Shown one piece after another: positions 52,230 to 61,273 of a DNA stretch of 64,000 bases. A program made the position numbers and the translations under genes. The notes beneath the pieces are model-generated. The model was given only the letters and a program-made list of their open reading frames with translations. It was not told where the DNA came from and did no database searches. The stretch's first letter is position 1, and each line of letters begins with the position of its first letter. Source of the stretch: Thermoanaerobaculia bacterium (GTDB taxonomy: Bacteria > Acidobacteriota > Thermoanaerobaculia > Multivoradales > Multivoraceae); the NCBI GenBank assembly GCA_963664405.1, contig OY761158.1:6592001-6656000 (forward strand), written 5' to 3'.

Positions 52230-52829
52230 TCAGCTCTGCGTCTGCAGTCGGCCGTCCAGGTCGAGCTCGGCGGCGATGCCGCTCATTGCTTCGAGGACGG
52301 TGGAGACATGCTGCCAAAGCTCGAGCTCGTTTCCAAAACACACGCGGCTGAAGTCTTCGGTCACTTCTTGCACATGCGAGCGATCGACCCCTCGTGCAAA
52401 GGCCTTGTCCTTCCATTTCTTCTTCAACGACTTGATCCGTACTTCCCGCACATCTTTGTCGGGGCGCACGAGGGCGCAGGCGCTGATCAGGCCGGTAATC
52501 TCGTCGCAGGCGAGAAGGGCGAAGTCGAGAGGGTGCCGGCGTTCGACCCCTGTTCCGGCTGTGTTGTGGGCGAGGACGGCGTTGACGACACCCTCGTCGC
52601 AGCCGCGGTCGCGGAGTATGGGGGCGCCTTCCAGAGGATGCTGCTCGAGAGTAGGGTGGATCTCCCAGTCGAAGTCGTGGAGCAGCCCGGCCAATCCCCA
52701 CAGTGCCGGATCTCCGTCGAGCCGATGTGCATACCAGCGCATGGCAGCCTCCACTGCCAGCATATGGCGGCGCAAGCCGGGGGCAACCACATACTCGGTC
52801 ATCAGGGCAAAGGCTTCGTTTCGATCCAT
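52230..52829 (-). CDS. HD-domain (HDIG) hydrolase
   Basis: H.LAVEA.M, GLLHDFD, HP..G, ACDEITG and KKK.KDKAFA.GVDR. Confidence 0.88.
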   Translation of the reverse strand: MDRNEAFALMTEYVVAPGLRRHMLAVEAAMRWYAHRLDGDPALWGLAGLLHDFDWEIHPTLEQHPLEGAPILRDRGCDEGVVNAVLAHNTAGTGVERRHPLDFALLACDEITGLISACALVRPDKDVREVRIKSLKKKWKDKAFARGVDRSHVQEVTEDFSRVCFGNELELWQHVSTVLEAMSGIAAELDLDGRLQTQS

Positions 52830-52877
52830 TGATGCTCCTGCGGCAATTCTAGCCTCCAACCGGTTACACTTGCTTGG

Positions 52878-53681
52878 ATGTTTTCTCGGCGGCCTGTACG
52901 TGGCATTCCTACCTTCGGGGGACTTGGCTCCAAGGGTGGCGCGCCGAGGGACATTCTGGTCCTTCTGGCCGTTCTCTTTCTGACTTTTTCATTGCAGTTC
53001 TTCGCCTCGACCCGGTTCTTGCCGGATCTGTTGCGTTTGACGCCCTCGGTTTGGAGTGGCTTGCAGGTCTGGCGCCTTCTCACCTACCCTTTCGTCGGTG
53101 AGGGAGGCTTGGGCATCTGGTTCCTGCTCGAGCTTCTGATTCTCTTCTGGTTCGGTCGCGACATCTTCGCTCGTCTGGGCCGTCGCAGTTTCTGGATCCT
53201 GGTTGGTTGGGGAGTGATCACGGCCTCAGTGGTTGCGGTTGCGCTCGACTTGCTCGGTCAGCTGGCTCCAGGAATCTCTGGCCCGGCCCCCTTTGCCTTG
53301 CTCCAGGGACAGCGGACCCTGCTGGTGATCGTCATCGCAGCCTTCGCCACTCTCTTTGGTAATGCCACCGTCCTTCTCTTCTTCGTTCTCCCGGTTCAAG
53401 CCAAGTGGTTTCTCTGGATCGAGATCGTATTCGCCTTCATGGGCTTTCTCGGAACCAAGGATCTTGCTGGCTTCGTGGGCATCTGTGCGACCGTTGGCGT
53501 GGTCTATAACCTCTTGACTCGCGGTGGCCTCGCGCGAGGTCTGCGCGAGCTTTGGCTACGCTTCGAGCAGCGTCGCATCCAGGCCAAGATGGCGCGCATG
53601 CGCCGGCGCAGCGGGCTCCGCGTGGTCAAGGGTGACGACGATGGGGCGGACGAAGATCGGCGCGATCCCTGGGTCCACTGA
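52878..53681 (+). CDS. Rhomboid-like integral membrane protein
   Basis: QVWRLLTYPF, multiple TM helices and LFFVLPV.AKW; no obvious catalytic GxS. Confidence 0.65.
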   Translation: MFSRRPVRGIPTFGGLGSKGGAPRDILVLLAVLFLTFSLQFFASTRFLPDLLRLTPSVWSGLQVWRLLTYPFVGEGGLGIWFLLELLILFWFGRDIFARLGRRSFWILVGWGVITASVVAVALDLLGQLAPGISGPAPFALLQGQRTLLVIVIAAFATLFGNATVLLFFVLPVQAKWFLWIEIVFAFMGFLGTKDLAGFVGICATVGVVYNLLTRGGLARGLRELWLRFEQRRIQAKMARMRRRSGLRVVKGDDDGADEDRRDPWVH

Positions 53682-53688
53682 CGATCGG

Positions 53689-54684
53689 CTAGAGTCGATT
53701 CTCTCCGTCGGTCGAATAGAGGATCTCGGGGTTTGCCTGCTCGCGCTGGATGAGGCCCTTGTCTTCGAGATAGCGAAGGTGGGCGACGGTCTCACCGGTC
53801 GCAAACCAACGCTGCATAAGTGGGAAGTCATCCCACGAAGCGGCTCGAATCGACCAGGTCATCAGGCCCGCGGTCTGGTAGGCGTTTTTGCGTCCCTCTT
53901 CGAGAAGATCGATCGCTTCGTTGGCACGGTCCCGATGATGCTCGATCAACTCTTCGACTCGTCCCCGGAAGTCGTGAACGAGACTGCGGTGACCTGGCAG
54001 ACAGATATCCACTTCGAGAGGCGCGACCTTCTCGAGACTCGACAGGAATAGCTGAAGTGGGTCGTCGTCGTCCGACCAGGCCTGAATATTCGGAGTGATG
54101 TCTCCTAGAACATGATCGCCGGCGAGAAAGATCTTCTTCTCCGGCTCGTACAAGGAGATGTGGCCGAAAGTATGGCCCGGGGTGTCGATGGTCTCGAATC
54201 GATAGTTACCGATCTCGACGGTGTCTCCTTCTCGGAGAGGGACATAGCTGACCGGGTTCTGGGCCCGGTACTTGAAGGCCGGGTGGTTTCGGAAGGTGGC
54301 CTCGAGATCGTCCAGGGGGAAGCCGCTGCGGGCGAGGTAGTTGCTCATCGCACTGCCCTTGGCAAAGCCCCGCATGCTCGATTGCATTGTCGCGGCGTCG
54401 ATCTCACCCATATAGGCTCTGCGTCCGTCGCGGAGAAGGCTGGGGATGAGGCCGTGGTGATCAGCGTGAAGATGAGTGGCGATGAAGTCGGTTCTCTCGA
54501 GGTCGATGCCGATCTCGTCGAGCCCGGCGTCGAGGGCCTCTCGGCACTCGGGCCGGTTCATCCCGGTGTCGACGACAAGATTTCTGTCTCTGGCGGTCAG
54601 TACGTAGGAATTGATCTCTTTGAGCGGGCTTCCCGGGAGCGGAACTACGACGCGATAGAGAGCAGGAAGGACTTCCTCGATCAT
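53689..54684 (-). CDS. MBL-fold metallo-hydrolase
   Basis: VDTG, THLHADHHG, TPGHT.GH, AGDHVL and LPGH. Confidence 0.92.
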   Translation of the reverse strand: MIEEVLPALYRVVVPLPGSPLKEINSYVLTARDRNLVVDTGMNRPECREALDAGLDEIGIDLERTDFIATHLHADHHGLIPSLLRDGRRAYMGEIDAATMQSSMRGFAKGSAMSNYLARSGFPLDDLEATFRNHPAFKYRAQNPVSYVPLREGDTVEIGNYRFETIDTPGHTFGHISLYEPEKKIFLAGDHVLGDITPNIQAWSDDDDPLQLFLSSLEKVAPLEVDICLPGHRSLVHDFRGRVEELIEHHRDRANEAIDLLEEGRKNAYQTAGLMTWSIRAASWDDFPLMQRWFATGETVAHLRYLEDKGLIQREQANPEILYSTDGENRL

Positions 54685-55694
54685 CGATACCCTTCCACTA
54701 CAGGACGTCGTGGCAGTCGCCACCAGACATCGTTACAGAGCGCGGTGAGATCTTCGTCGAGCTCGAGCTCGGCACCGGCGATGCTGGCGTCCAATTGTTC
54801 AGGGCGGCTGGCGCCGATGATGGCGGAGGTGATCCCAGGTTGGGCCAACACCCACGAGATCGCCACCGAGACCAGCGACAGACCACGCTCCTCGGCCGCC
54901 GCGCGCAGCTCGTCAGTGGCCTCGAGCTGTTTCGAGTCCCAGTAACGCTTCTGGTACATCTCGGCAGCCCCGCCGAGGGTGAATCTCGTTCCCTGCCTCG
55001 GCTCCTCGCCGGGGCGGTACTTTCCTGACAGCAATCCACCGGCGATCGGGTTGTAAACGATCACCCCGACCCGAGATGCCCGGGCCAGAGGGAGCAGCTC
55101 GGTCTCGATGTCGCGGTACAGGAGGTTGTAGCGTGGCTGCAGAGTCTCATAGCGTGCCAGCTGAAGGCGGCGACTCGCCGCCAGCGCCTCGCTCAAGCGC
55201 CAGGCAGGGTAGTTAGAGCAGCCGATGTAGCGAACCTTGCCCTGAGCGACCAGGTCGTCGAGGGCGGCGAGAGTCTCCTCAATGGGCGTATGAGGGTCGA
55301 AAGAGTGGGTTTGATAGAGATCGATCACATCGGTCTGCAGCCGGCGCAAGCTGGCCTCCACCGCCTTCTGAATGTGTATTCGGGAGAGACCTGAGTCGTT
55401 GGCTCCCGGGCCCATCAAGCCGCGGCACTTGGTGGCAAGAAAGATGTCGTCGCGAACGCCACGATCGCGCATCCAGCGCCCGATGATCTCTTCGGTCCCG
55501 CCAGCGGTGTCGAGCCCTCCGCCCACCGGGTAGACGTCTGCGGTGTCGAAAAAGTCGACTCCTGCCTCGAAGGCGCGGTCCAGGATTCGGAACGAAGTCT
55601 CCTCGTCGCACTGCAGGCCGAAGGTCATTGTGCCGAGGCAGATGACCGGCACACGTGCCCCGGTTGCTCCTAGGGGTCGATTGTCGATCGGCAT
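54681..55694 (-). CDS. Aldo/keto reductase
   Basis: LGTMTFG, FDTADVY, ATK, IDLYQTH, GKVRYIGCSN and QPRYNL. Confidence 0.95.
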   Translation of the reverse strand: MPIDNRPLGATGARVPVICLGTMTFGLQCDEETSFRILDRAFEAGVDFFDTADVYPVGGGLDTAGGTEEIIGRWMRDRGVRDDIFLATKCRGLMGPGANDSGLSRIHIQKAVEASLRRLQTDVIDLYQTHSFDPHTPIEETLAALDDLVAQGKVRYIGCSNYPAWRLSEALAASRRLQLARYETLQPRYNLLYRDIETELLPLARASRVGVIVYNPIAGGLLSGKYRPGEEPRQGTRFTLGGAAEMYQKRYWDSKQLEATDELRAAAEERGLSLVSVAISWVLAQPGITSAIIGASRPEQLDASIAGAELELDEDLTALCNDVWWRLPRRPVVEGYR

Positions 55695-55727
55695 AGGCTA
55701 GGCCTGGAAAAGCGCGGAAAGGATACC

Positions 55728-56411
55728 TCAACCGTGTTGCGGAAGGCGCTCGCGAAGCCAGCGTGCGATGAGCTCGATCTCCTCGAGGCAGACTTCGTGA
55801 CCCATCGCGAACTCGTGCCATTCGGTCGGGCGATCCTCGGCGACGCGAGCTTCGCAGGCAGCCTGGCCGCGCTCGACAGGGACCATGGGATCGTCGCTGC
55901 CATGGCAGAAGAGCAGAGGCGTAGCCTCGTTCTCGGCACACCGCTCTTCCTCTAGGCTCTCAGGCAGAATCTCGTAGGAGCTGAGCACGAGGACACCGCC
56001 AAGCGGGTGTGAGTGACGCAAACCGGTATAGAGGGCGATTGCGCCTCCTTGACTGAAACCGGCAAGGACGATGCGTCGCGAAGGAACTCCTCGATCTCTC
56101 TCGCGGGCCATCAGGGCTTCGGTCTGCTGTTTCGACTCGGCTACGTGCTGCGGATTGGCCCCTCGCTTGCCGAGGCCTTCGATGTCGTACCAGGCGGGCA
56201 TGAGGACGCCGTTGTTGATCGTGACGGGGCGTGCGGGCGCGTGCGGAAGGACGAAGCGCGCCCAGCCCAGGTGGAGCAGAGGCACGATGGGCTCGAAGTC
56301 GTGCCCGCTGGCGCCCAATCCATGCAGCCAGACGACACTTGCGGCCTCGCCGGCCTCGGTTGGCTCGATCTCTATGGAGGGGAGCAGATCGCCTCGCTCA
56401 GGAGATCTCAA
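55728..56411 (-). CDS. Carboxylesterase/phospholipase (alpha/beta hydrolase)
   Basis: WLHGLGASG, MPAWYDI, GFSQGG, HG..DPMVP and MGH. Confidence 0.92.
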   Translation of the reverse strand: MRSPERGDLLPSIEIEPTEAGEAASVVWLHGLGASGHDFEPIVPLLHLGWARFVLPHAPARPVTINNGVLMPAWYDIEGLGKRGANPQHVAESKQQTEALMARERDRGVPSRRIVLAGFSQGGAIALYTGLRHSHPLGGVLVLSSYEILPESLEEERCAENEATPLLFCHGSDDPMVPVERGQAACEARVAEDRPTEWHEFAMGHEVCLEEIELIARWLRERLPQHG

Positions 56412-57658
56412 AGGACGCCCTTCTCGAAGGAGACCAGAAGGATCGAAAGAGCCAGCACCTCGGTGGCTTGGCGAAGCTCGGGCAGGGTTGGAAAGGTTGG
56501 CGCGATGCGGATATTCCGATCGAGCGGATCCTTGCCGTAGGGGAAGGTAGCGCCCGCCGGGGTGAGTTTGACCCCCGCTGCAGCAGCCTTGGCGACTGCC
56601 TCCTTGGCACAGCCCTGGGCGGTGTCGAGGCTGATGAAATAGCCCCCTCGGGGCTGCGACCAGCTGGCGACACCGCGGTTCCCGAGCTCTTCGCAGAGCA
56701 CCTGGTCCACCAGTTCGAACTTGGGACGGATGATCTCCGCGTGTCGTGCCATGTGAGCTTCGAGACCGACGCCGTCACGCAGGAAGCGGACATGGCGTAG
56801 CTGGTTGAGCTTGTCGGGGCCGATCGTCTTCTTGGATCGAAACTCGGAAAGCCACTCGAAGCCACTCACGCTACTCGCGACCATCGAAATACCTGCGCCG
56901 GGGAAAGTCACTTTCGAGGTGGATGCGAAAACGAAAGCTCGATCGGGGTGTCCGGCGCGGGCGCATTCGTCGAGGATGCTGCGCAGCGGCTGAGGGTCGG
57001 GGTAGAGGTGGTGAAAGGCGTAGGCGTCGTCCCACAGGATCCGAAAATCGGGGGCGGTGGTCTCCATCGCGGCGAGCTGTGTCACGACCTCGTCGCTGTA
57101 GGTTGCACCGGTGGGATTACTGTAGCGGGGCACACAGAAGATGCCTTTGACGGTAGGGTCGGACGCGACCAGCCTTGCTATGGCCGCAGTATCGGGCCCA
57201 TTCTCGTCGATCTCGATAGGGATCATCTCGAGACCGAGAAACTCGCAAACGGTGAAGTGGCGGTCGTAGCCTGGAGCGGGACAGAGGATCTTGGGACGGC
57301 TCTCTTCGCCCCAAGGTCTTGGGCTTCCAGGCACGCCCTGGCGGACCGCCTCTGAGAGAACGTCGTACATCAGGCTCAAGCTGGCGTTGTCGCCTAAGAG
57401 AATCTGCGTCGGGGGAATGCCCAAGAGCCCGCCGAAGAGCTCACGGGCCTCGGGTAGGCCCTCCAGGATGCCGTAATTCCGGCAGTCCGCGCCTGCTTGC
57501 GAAAGGTAGCCCGCGCCTTCCGAAGCTGCGAGTAGGTCGTGGCTGAGGTCGAGTTGCTCGGCACAGGGTTTCCCTCGGGTCATGTCGAGGTCGAGGCCGA
57601 GATCGCAGGCAGCCTGGTAGCGCTCCTTTACCGCGGCGGCGGTGGGTTCCTGGGGCAT
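56408..57658 (-). CDS. Aspartate aminotransferase-like class I/II PLP enzyme
   Basis: LDMTRGKP, PGYDRHF, YSNPTG, WDDAY, STSKVTF, GGYFISL and NIRIAP. Confidence 0.92.
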   Translation of the reverse strand: MPQEPTAAAVKERYQAACDLGLDLDMTRGKPCAEQLDLSHDLLAASEGAGYLSQAGADCRNYGILEGLPEARELFGGLLGIPPTQILLGDNASLSLMYDVLSEAVRQGVPGSPRPWGEESRPKILCPAPGYDRHFTVCEFLGLEMIPIEIDENGPDTAAIARLVASDPTVKGIFCVPRYSNPTGATYSDEVVTQLAAMETTAPDFRILWDDAYAFHHLYPDPQPLRSILDECARAGHPDRAFVFASTSKVTFPGAGISMVASSVSGFEWLSEFRSKKTIGPDKLNQLRHVRFLRDGVGLEAHMARHAEIIRPKFELVDQVLCEELGNRGVASWSQPRGGYFISLDTAQGCAKEAVAKAAAAGVKLTPAGATFPYGKDPLDRNIRIAPTFPTLPELRQATEVLALSILLVSFEKGVL

Positions 57659-57887
57659 GTTCGATGGTCCTCTCGGAGTTTGTGGCCGGCGCGACCCGGC
57701 GGACCGGGATCTTCTCAGCCCCCTTGGGCTTTGACAACCTGGGCTCGGGCTATGCGGCGTGCCACCGGGCTGAGCACAGCGAGGAGCAAGAGAGTTATGG
57801 CCGGCGCGGCAAGGAGCCGGGCGCCGGCAGCGTAGACCACGGCATTCCCGAGATTGCCGACGAAGGCCCCGATCCCTCCGTCGACCG

Positions 57888-59141
57888 CTAATCGGACCTG
57901 TTCGGGATCGAGCGACCCTTCATCGTTTTCTCCTTCGAGAAAGGTCCACCGTCGGGCTCGAGGTCGAGGGCTCGACTGTAGCGCTCGAGCGCGACCCGGG
58001 CGGCATGGTGGCCGACTGTGCCGATGCCATCTTCGTGGTGGAGAGCGATCACCTCGAGACGGCCCTTAGGGCGGTGCGCTTTGAGGTCGAAGCGGGCCAC
58101 CAGGTTCTCGCCGGCGAGGACCGGGAGACAGAAGTAGCCATATTTGCGGTTTCTTGCGGGCTTGAAGATCTCGAGGATCTGATAGAAGTCGAAGAGCGCC
58201 TGTACTCGATCGCGGTCCCAGAGTACTGGGTCGAAAGGGGACAGAAGGGTTCCCCGGTCTCGACGCGGACGCGCCGCCAGCAGGCGCCCGGTGAGCTCGA
58301 GGTCCACAGGACGGATCCAGCCGGAGTGCCTACGATCCTTGCGCACCAGCTCGCAGGGCAGGATCGCTCCGTCTTCCGCCAGCTCGGAGAGTGCTTGACG
58401 AACTTCCCGCCGTAGATTGCGCAGGCGCCAGGTCTGGGCGAGAGTGCTGCTTTTTGCCCAGCCGTGACCGGAGAGAGCCCGCAGCAGGAGGATCTTGATG
58501 GCCTCGGGTGTGGGCGTCGCGGCTTGGAGAAGCTCGGCAGGGATGACTCTCTCTGCGAGGTCGTAAGATCGTTGGAAGCGCTTTCGCTCGCGGATGGCGA
58601 GAACGCCGGTGCCCCACAGCGCGTTCGCGACTTTCTTGGTGAGCTTGAGGTTCCACCATCCTCGCGACCCTTCGCCCTCGAGGTCGATCGAGCGTAGAGG
58701 GCCCTCAGCGCGGATGCGGGCGACGACCTCGTTCGCGACCCTCCGGTGCCGGCTGAGAAGGTCGCCCCACCATGGGTGGCGACGGTAGGCTCGACGGCGG
58801 AACGCGAAGACAGGGTAAAGATCGATCGGCAGCCAGCTCGCCTCGTGGCCCCAGTACTCGAAGAGCGGTTCTCCTGGGCGCAGAAGCTCTTCTCCGAGTG
58901 CCGGATCGAAGCCCTCGATGCGGGAGAGCAAGACCAGGGCGTGGGAGCGGGCGCCGGCTATGGAGACGGTGTCGAGTTGGAGGTAGCCAAAGCGATCGAC
59001 GACACGCAATGCGGCACTTCGCGCTCGTTTGCCGGCACCCGCGGCGCGCTTGGGCATCGCGGTCCACTCCGGCTTGAGCAGGCCGGCCCTGGCGAGTGCC
59101 AGACGCCGAGCAGCGCGCTGGTCGATGGAGAGGGTCGACAC
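57888..59141 (-). CDS. ycaQ: YcaQ/AlkZ-family (HTH_42) crosslink-repair DNA glycosylase
   Basis: Catalytic QxD motif (YLQLD), FEYWGHEAS, LSPFDP..W.R and R.YGY..LP.L; likely GTG start at 59141. Confidence 0.85.
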   Translation of the reverse strand: MSTLSIDQRAARRLALARAGLLKPEWTAMPKRAAGAGKRARSAALRVVDRFGYLQLDTVSIAGARSHALVLLSRIEGFDPALGEELLRPGEPLFEYWGHEASWLPIDLYPVFAFRRRAYRRHPWWGDLLSRHRRVANEVVARIRAEGPLRSIDLEGEGSRGWWNLKLTKKVANALWGTGVLAIRERKRFQRSYDLAERVIPAELLQAATPTPEAIKILLLRALSGHGWAKSSTLAQTWRLRNLRREVRQALSELAEDGAILPCELVRKDRRHSGWIRPVDLELTGRLLAARPRRDRGTLLSPFDPVLWDRDRVQALFDFYQILEIFKPARNRKYGYFCLPVLAGENLVARFDLKAHRPKGRLEVIALHHEDGIGTVGHHAARVALERYSRALDLEPDGGPFSKEKTMKGRSIPNRSD

Positions 59142-59163
59142 TAGCGGACCGTAGCACTCGATG

Positions 59164-59343
59164 CTAGTGGACCGTAACACTTGAACGTTTAGTGGCTGAG
59201 CGAGTCATCGTGGTCGAGATCAAGGCGCGCCGACGCAGGCATATCGGGGACTATGTCGAGGAGCGCGGGGGCGCCCAGCCTACGTAGAGATCGGCCGCGA
59301 GGGCCGCTCAGGCGCTAAGCGTTTGGGTGTTACGGTCCACTAG
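59164..59343. mobile_element. MITE copy 5 (TIR type C: CTAGTGGACCGTAACAC...GTGTTACGGTCCACTAG), core in reverse orientation
   Basis: 17-bp perfect TIR; core reverse-complements to ctcctcgacatagtccccgatatgcctgcgtcggcgcgccttg. Confidence 0.85.
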
Positions 59344-59358
59344 GGACCGTGGATAGGG

Positions 59359-59841
59359 CTAGGCCGGCGGCCGCGCGCTCAGGCTGATGACTCGCCCCAC
59401 CCGAGTGGGCCAGGGTACGTCTCGGATGGAGTCGTGCAATTCTTGGAAACGCTCGAGGATTGCGGGAGCGAAAGCGCAGGTGCGGCGCTCTGTACTCGAC
59501 ACGTGCAGAGAGAGGAGCTCGTTGGTCGCCGCCAGATAGCCTTCCTCGGCGTGAAAGAGGCGATGAAAGTAGTGCACCTTCTTTTCGCTCCAGCCGAGGA
59601 GCTGCGTGGTGATGTAGAGGGGAGCGCCTTCGAGGAGCTCACGCTCGTAGGTGGCGTGGCTTTCGGCGCTGAAGGTCGCAATTCCGTGCCGCTGTCGATG
59701 TTTGTCGTCGAGTCCGCAGAGATCGAAGAAACGGGTCGTGGCCTCGTCGAACACGACCATGTAGTAACCGACATTGAGGTGGCGGTTGCGGTCGATCCAC
59801 TGCGGCAGCACGGTCCCTTCCCAGGTGCGAAGTAAATTCAT
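59359..59841 (-). CDS. Thioesterase family protein (4HBT/hotdog fold)
   Basis: V...WID.N.HLNVGYY..VFD, E.H..Y..EL and E.LSLHV. Confidence 0.85.
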   Translation of the reverse strand: MNLLRTWEGTVLPQWIDRNRHLNVGYYMVVFDEATTRFFDLCGLDDKHRQRHGIATFSAESHATYERELLEGAPLYITTQLLGWSEKKVHYFHRLFHAEEGYLAATNELLSLHVSSTERRTCAFAPAILERFQELHDSIRDVPWPTRVGRVISLSARPPA

Positions 59842-59896
59842 CGTGGCATTATCTCCCGCCCGCCGAGGGGTGGTTGGGTCCCGTAGAATGGGAAAG

Positions 59897-60520
59897 ATGA
59901 CACTTCACAGCGCGGAGGTTCCTATTCGATGTGTGGTTTTCGACCTCGATGGCACCTTGGTCGACACCCTCGGTGAGATCACGAGTGGCCTCAATGCCGG
60001 GTTGGCCGCTGTCGGCGTCGCCCCTCACGATCGCGAGAACGTTCGGGGCTGGATCGGAGACGGCGTCGAGAAATTGATCGAGCGAGCCCTCCCGAGAAGG
60101 CACTCAGATCGATCGGAGGATGTCCTTCGTGCCGCGCTAAGTGCCTATCGGAGCCGAGTGGGCTCGCTCAGCCAGGTGTATCCAGGCATTGCCGATTGCC
60201 TCCGGTCTCTTCGACAGGATGGGCTGGGGCTCGCCGTTCTCACCAACAAGTCCCACGAAGTGGCTACGGCGATGGTGCAGCGTTTTTTTCCTGACGTCTT
60301 CGAGGTCGTGGAGGGTGCGGCCGAGGGCCGACCTCTCAAGCCGGAGGCTGCGGCTCTTCGAGGGATCAGCGGCAGAATCGGTATCGACGTTGCAGAGGTT
60401 CTCATGGTGGGAGATTCGTCGGTCGACATCGAAGCAGCCGCAAACGCCGGTGCTCGGGTCGCTGCCGTGACCTGGGGCTTCCGATCCCGCAGCGAGCTCG
60501 CGGCGGGCTCTCCAGATTGA
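59897..60520 (+). CDS. HAD-family hydrolase (phosphoglycolate phosphatase-like); in-frame TGA truncates the last strand
   Basis: FDLDGTLVDT, LTNK, KP, VGDS..D and TWGF; frame reopens after the TGA as LIDHAKEI, to 60607. Confidence 0.85.
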   Translation: MTLHSAEVPIRCVVFDLDGTLVDTLGEITSGLNAGLAAVGVAPHDRENVRGWIGDGVEKLIERALPRRHSDRSEDVLRAALSAYRSRVGSLSQVYPGIADCLRSLRQDGLGLAVLTNKSHEVATAMVQRFFPDVFEVVEGAAEGRPLKPEAAALRGISGRIGIDVAEVLMVGDSSVDIEAAANAGARVAAVTWGFRSRSELAAGSPD

Positions 60521-60700
60521 TTGATCGACCACGCGAAGGAGATTGTGGCGTTGGTGGCAAGCCGGCGAGCAGCTCCGATGATCGCACGCCGCGCGGGTCT
60601 CGAATAGATCCGGTCCGAGTGCATATGTGTCGTTGATGGGTATTGCCGCCGCAAGAATGAAGATCCCGAACCAGCGCCTCCTCGAGCCGAGATCGAAGGC

Positions 60701-61273
60701 GTGGAGCGGAGGCTCGTAGAGCTGGCCCGCGAGGGCGACCCGAAGGCCCGAGAGGAGCTCGCTCAAAGGTGCGGAACGGCGGCATTCCGTTTCGCGATGG
60801 TGCTCGTATCCGAGCGAGAGGTGGCAAGTGAGCTGAGCCAGGATGCTTTGCTTCGCTTCTTTGTAACCCTGCCAAGCTTCGACGTGTCGCGTCCAGTACT
60901 GCCCTGGCTCTTTCGAATCGTTCGCAACCGCCTCGCCGACATGCGGAGAAGAGAGCGGACGCCTGCCGGCGCCGCCTTGCGCTTCGCGGTTCCGATCGAG
61001 GATTGGCTGCCGGTCACCGATCGTTTCGCGGACCCTCACGGCGACATCGAGCGGCTCGAGCTGCAGCAGCTCGTGTGGCGGTGTCTCGGTCAATTGAAGC
61101 TGCCCCATCGGGAGATCATCGCTCTTCGTGATTTTCAGGACCTTTCCTACCGTGAGATCGCGACTGTGCTCGAGATCCCGATGGGAACTGTGATGTCGCG
61201 CCTGCACGCCGCTCGCATGGCGCTGCGCGGGCACCTGCTAGAGACCGGTTATCACTTCGGAGAACGGCGATGA
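60701..61273 (+). CDS. ECF RNA polymerase sigma-70 factor
   Basis: Region 2: ELSQDAL, WLFRIVRN; region 4: LSY.EIA.VL.IP.GTVMSRLH.AR. Confidence 0.92.
   Translation: MERRLVELAREGDPKAREELAQRCGTAAFRFAMVLVSEREVASELSQDALLRFFVTLPSFDVSRPVLPWLFRIVRNRLADMRRRERTPAGAALRFAVPIEDWLPVTDRFADPHGDIERLELQQLVWRCLGQLKLPHREIIALRDFQDLSYREIATVLEIPMGTVMSRLHAARMALRGHLLETGYHFGERR

Noticed and set aside
57664-57950. Small ORFs between the aminotransferase and ycaQ (plus-strand 75 aa; minus-strand hydrophobic frame LAVDGGIGAFVGNLG...)
   Set aside because: No recognisable family and no convincing start; may be a gene remnant but cannot be supported.
992-59343. Dispersed repeats as a possible CRISPR array or integron attC sites
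   Set aside because: They are not tandem with spacers, there are no cas or intI genes, and they lack GTTRRRY/RYYYAAC ends; TIR plus TA/CTAG boundaries fit MITEs.
60518-60520. Selenocysteine or genetic code 4/25 recoding of the in-frame TGA
   Set aside because: The position is not a catalytic Cys, no evident SECIS follows, and many genes in the window terminate at TGA.
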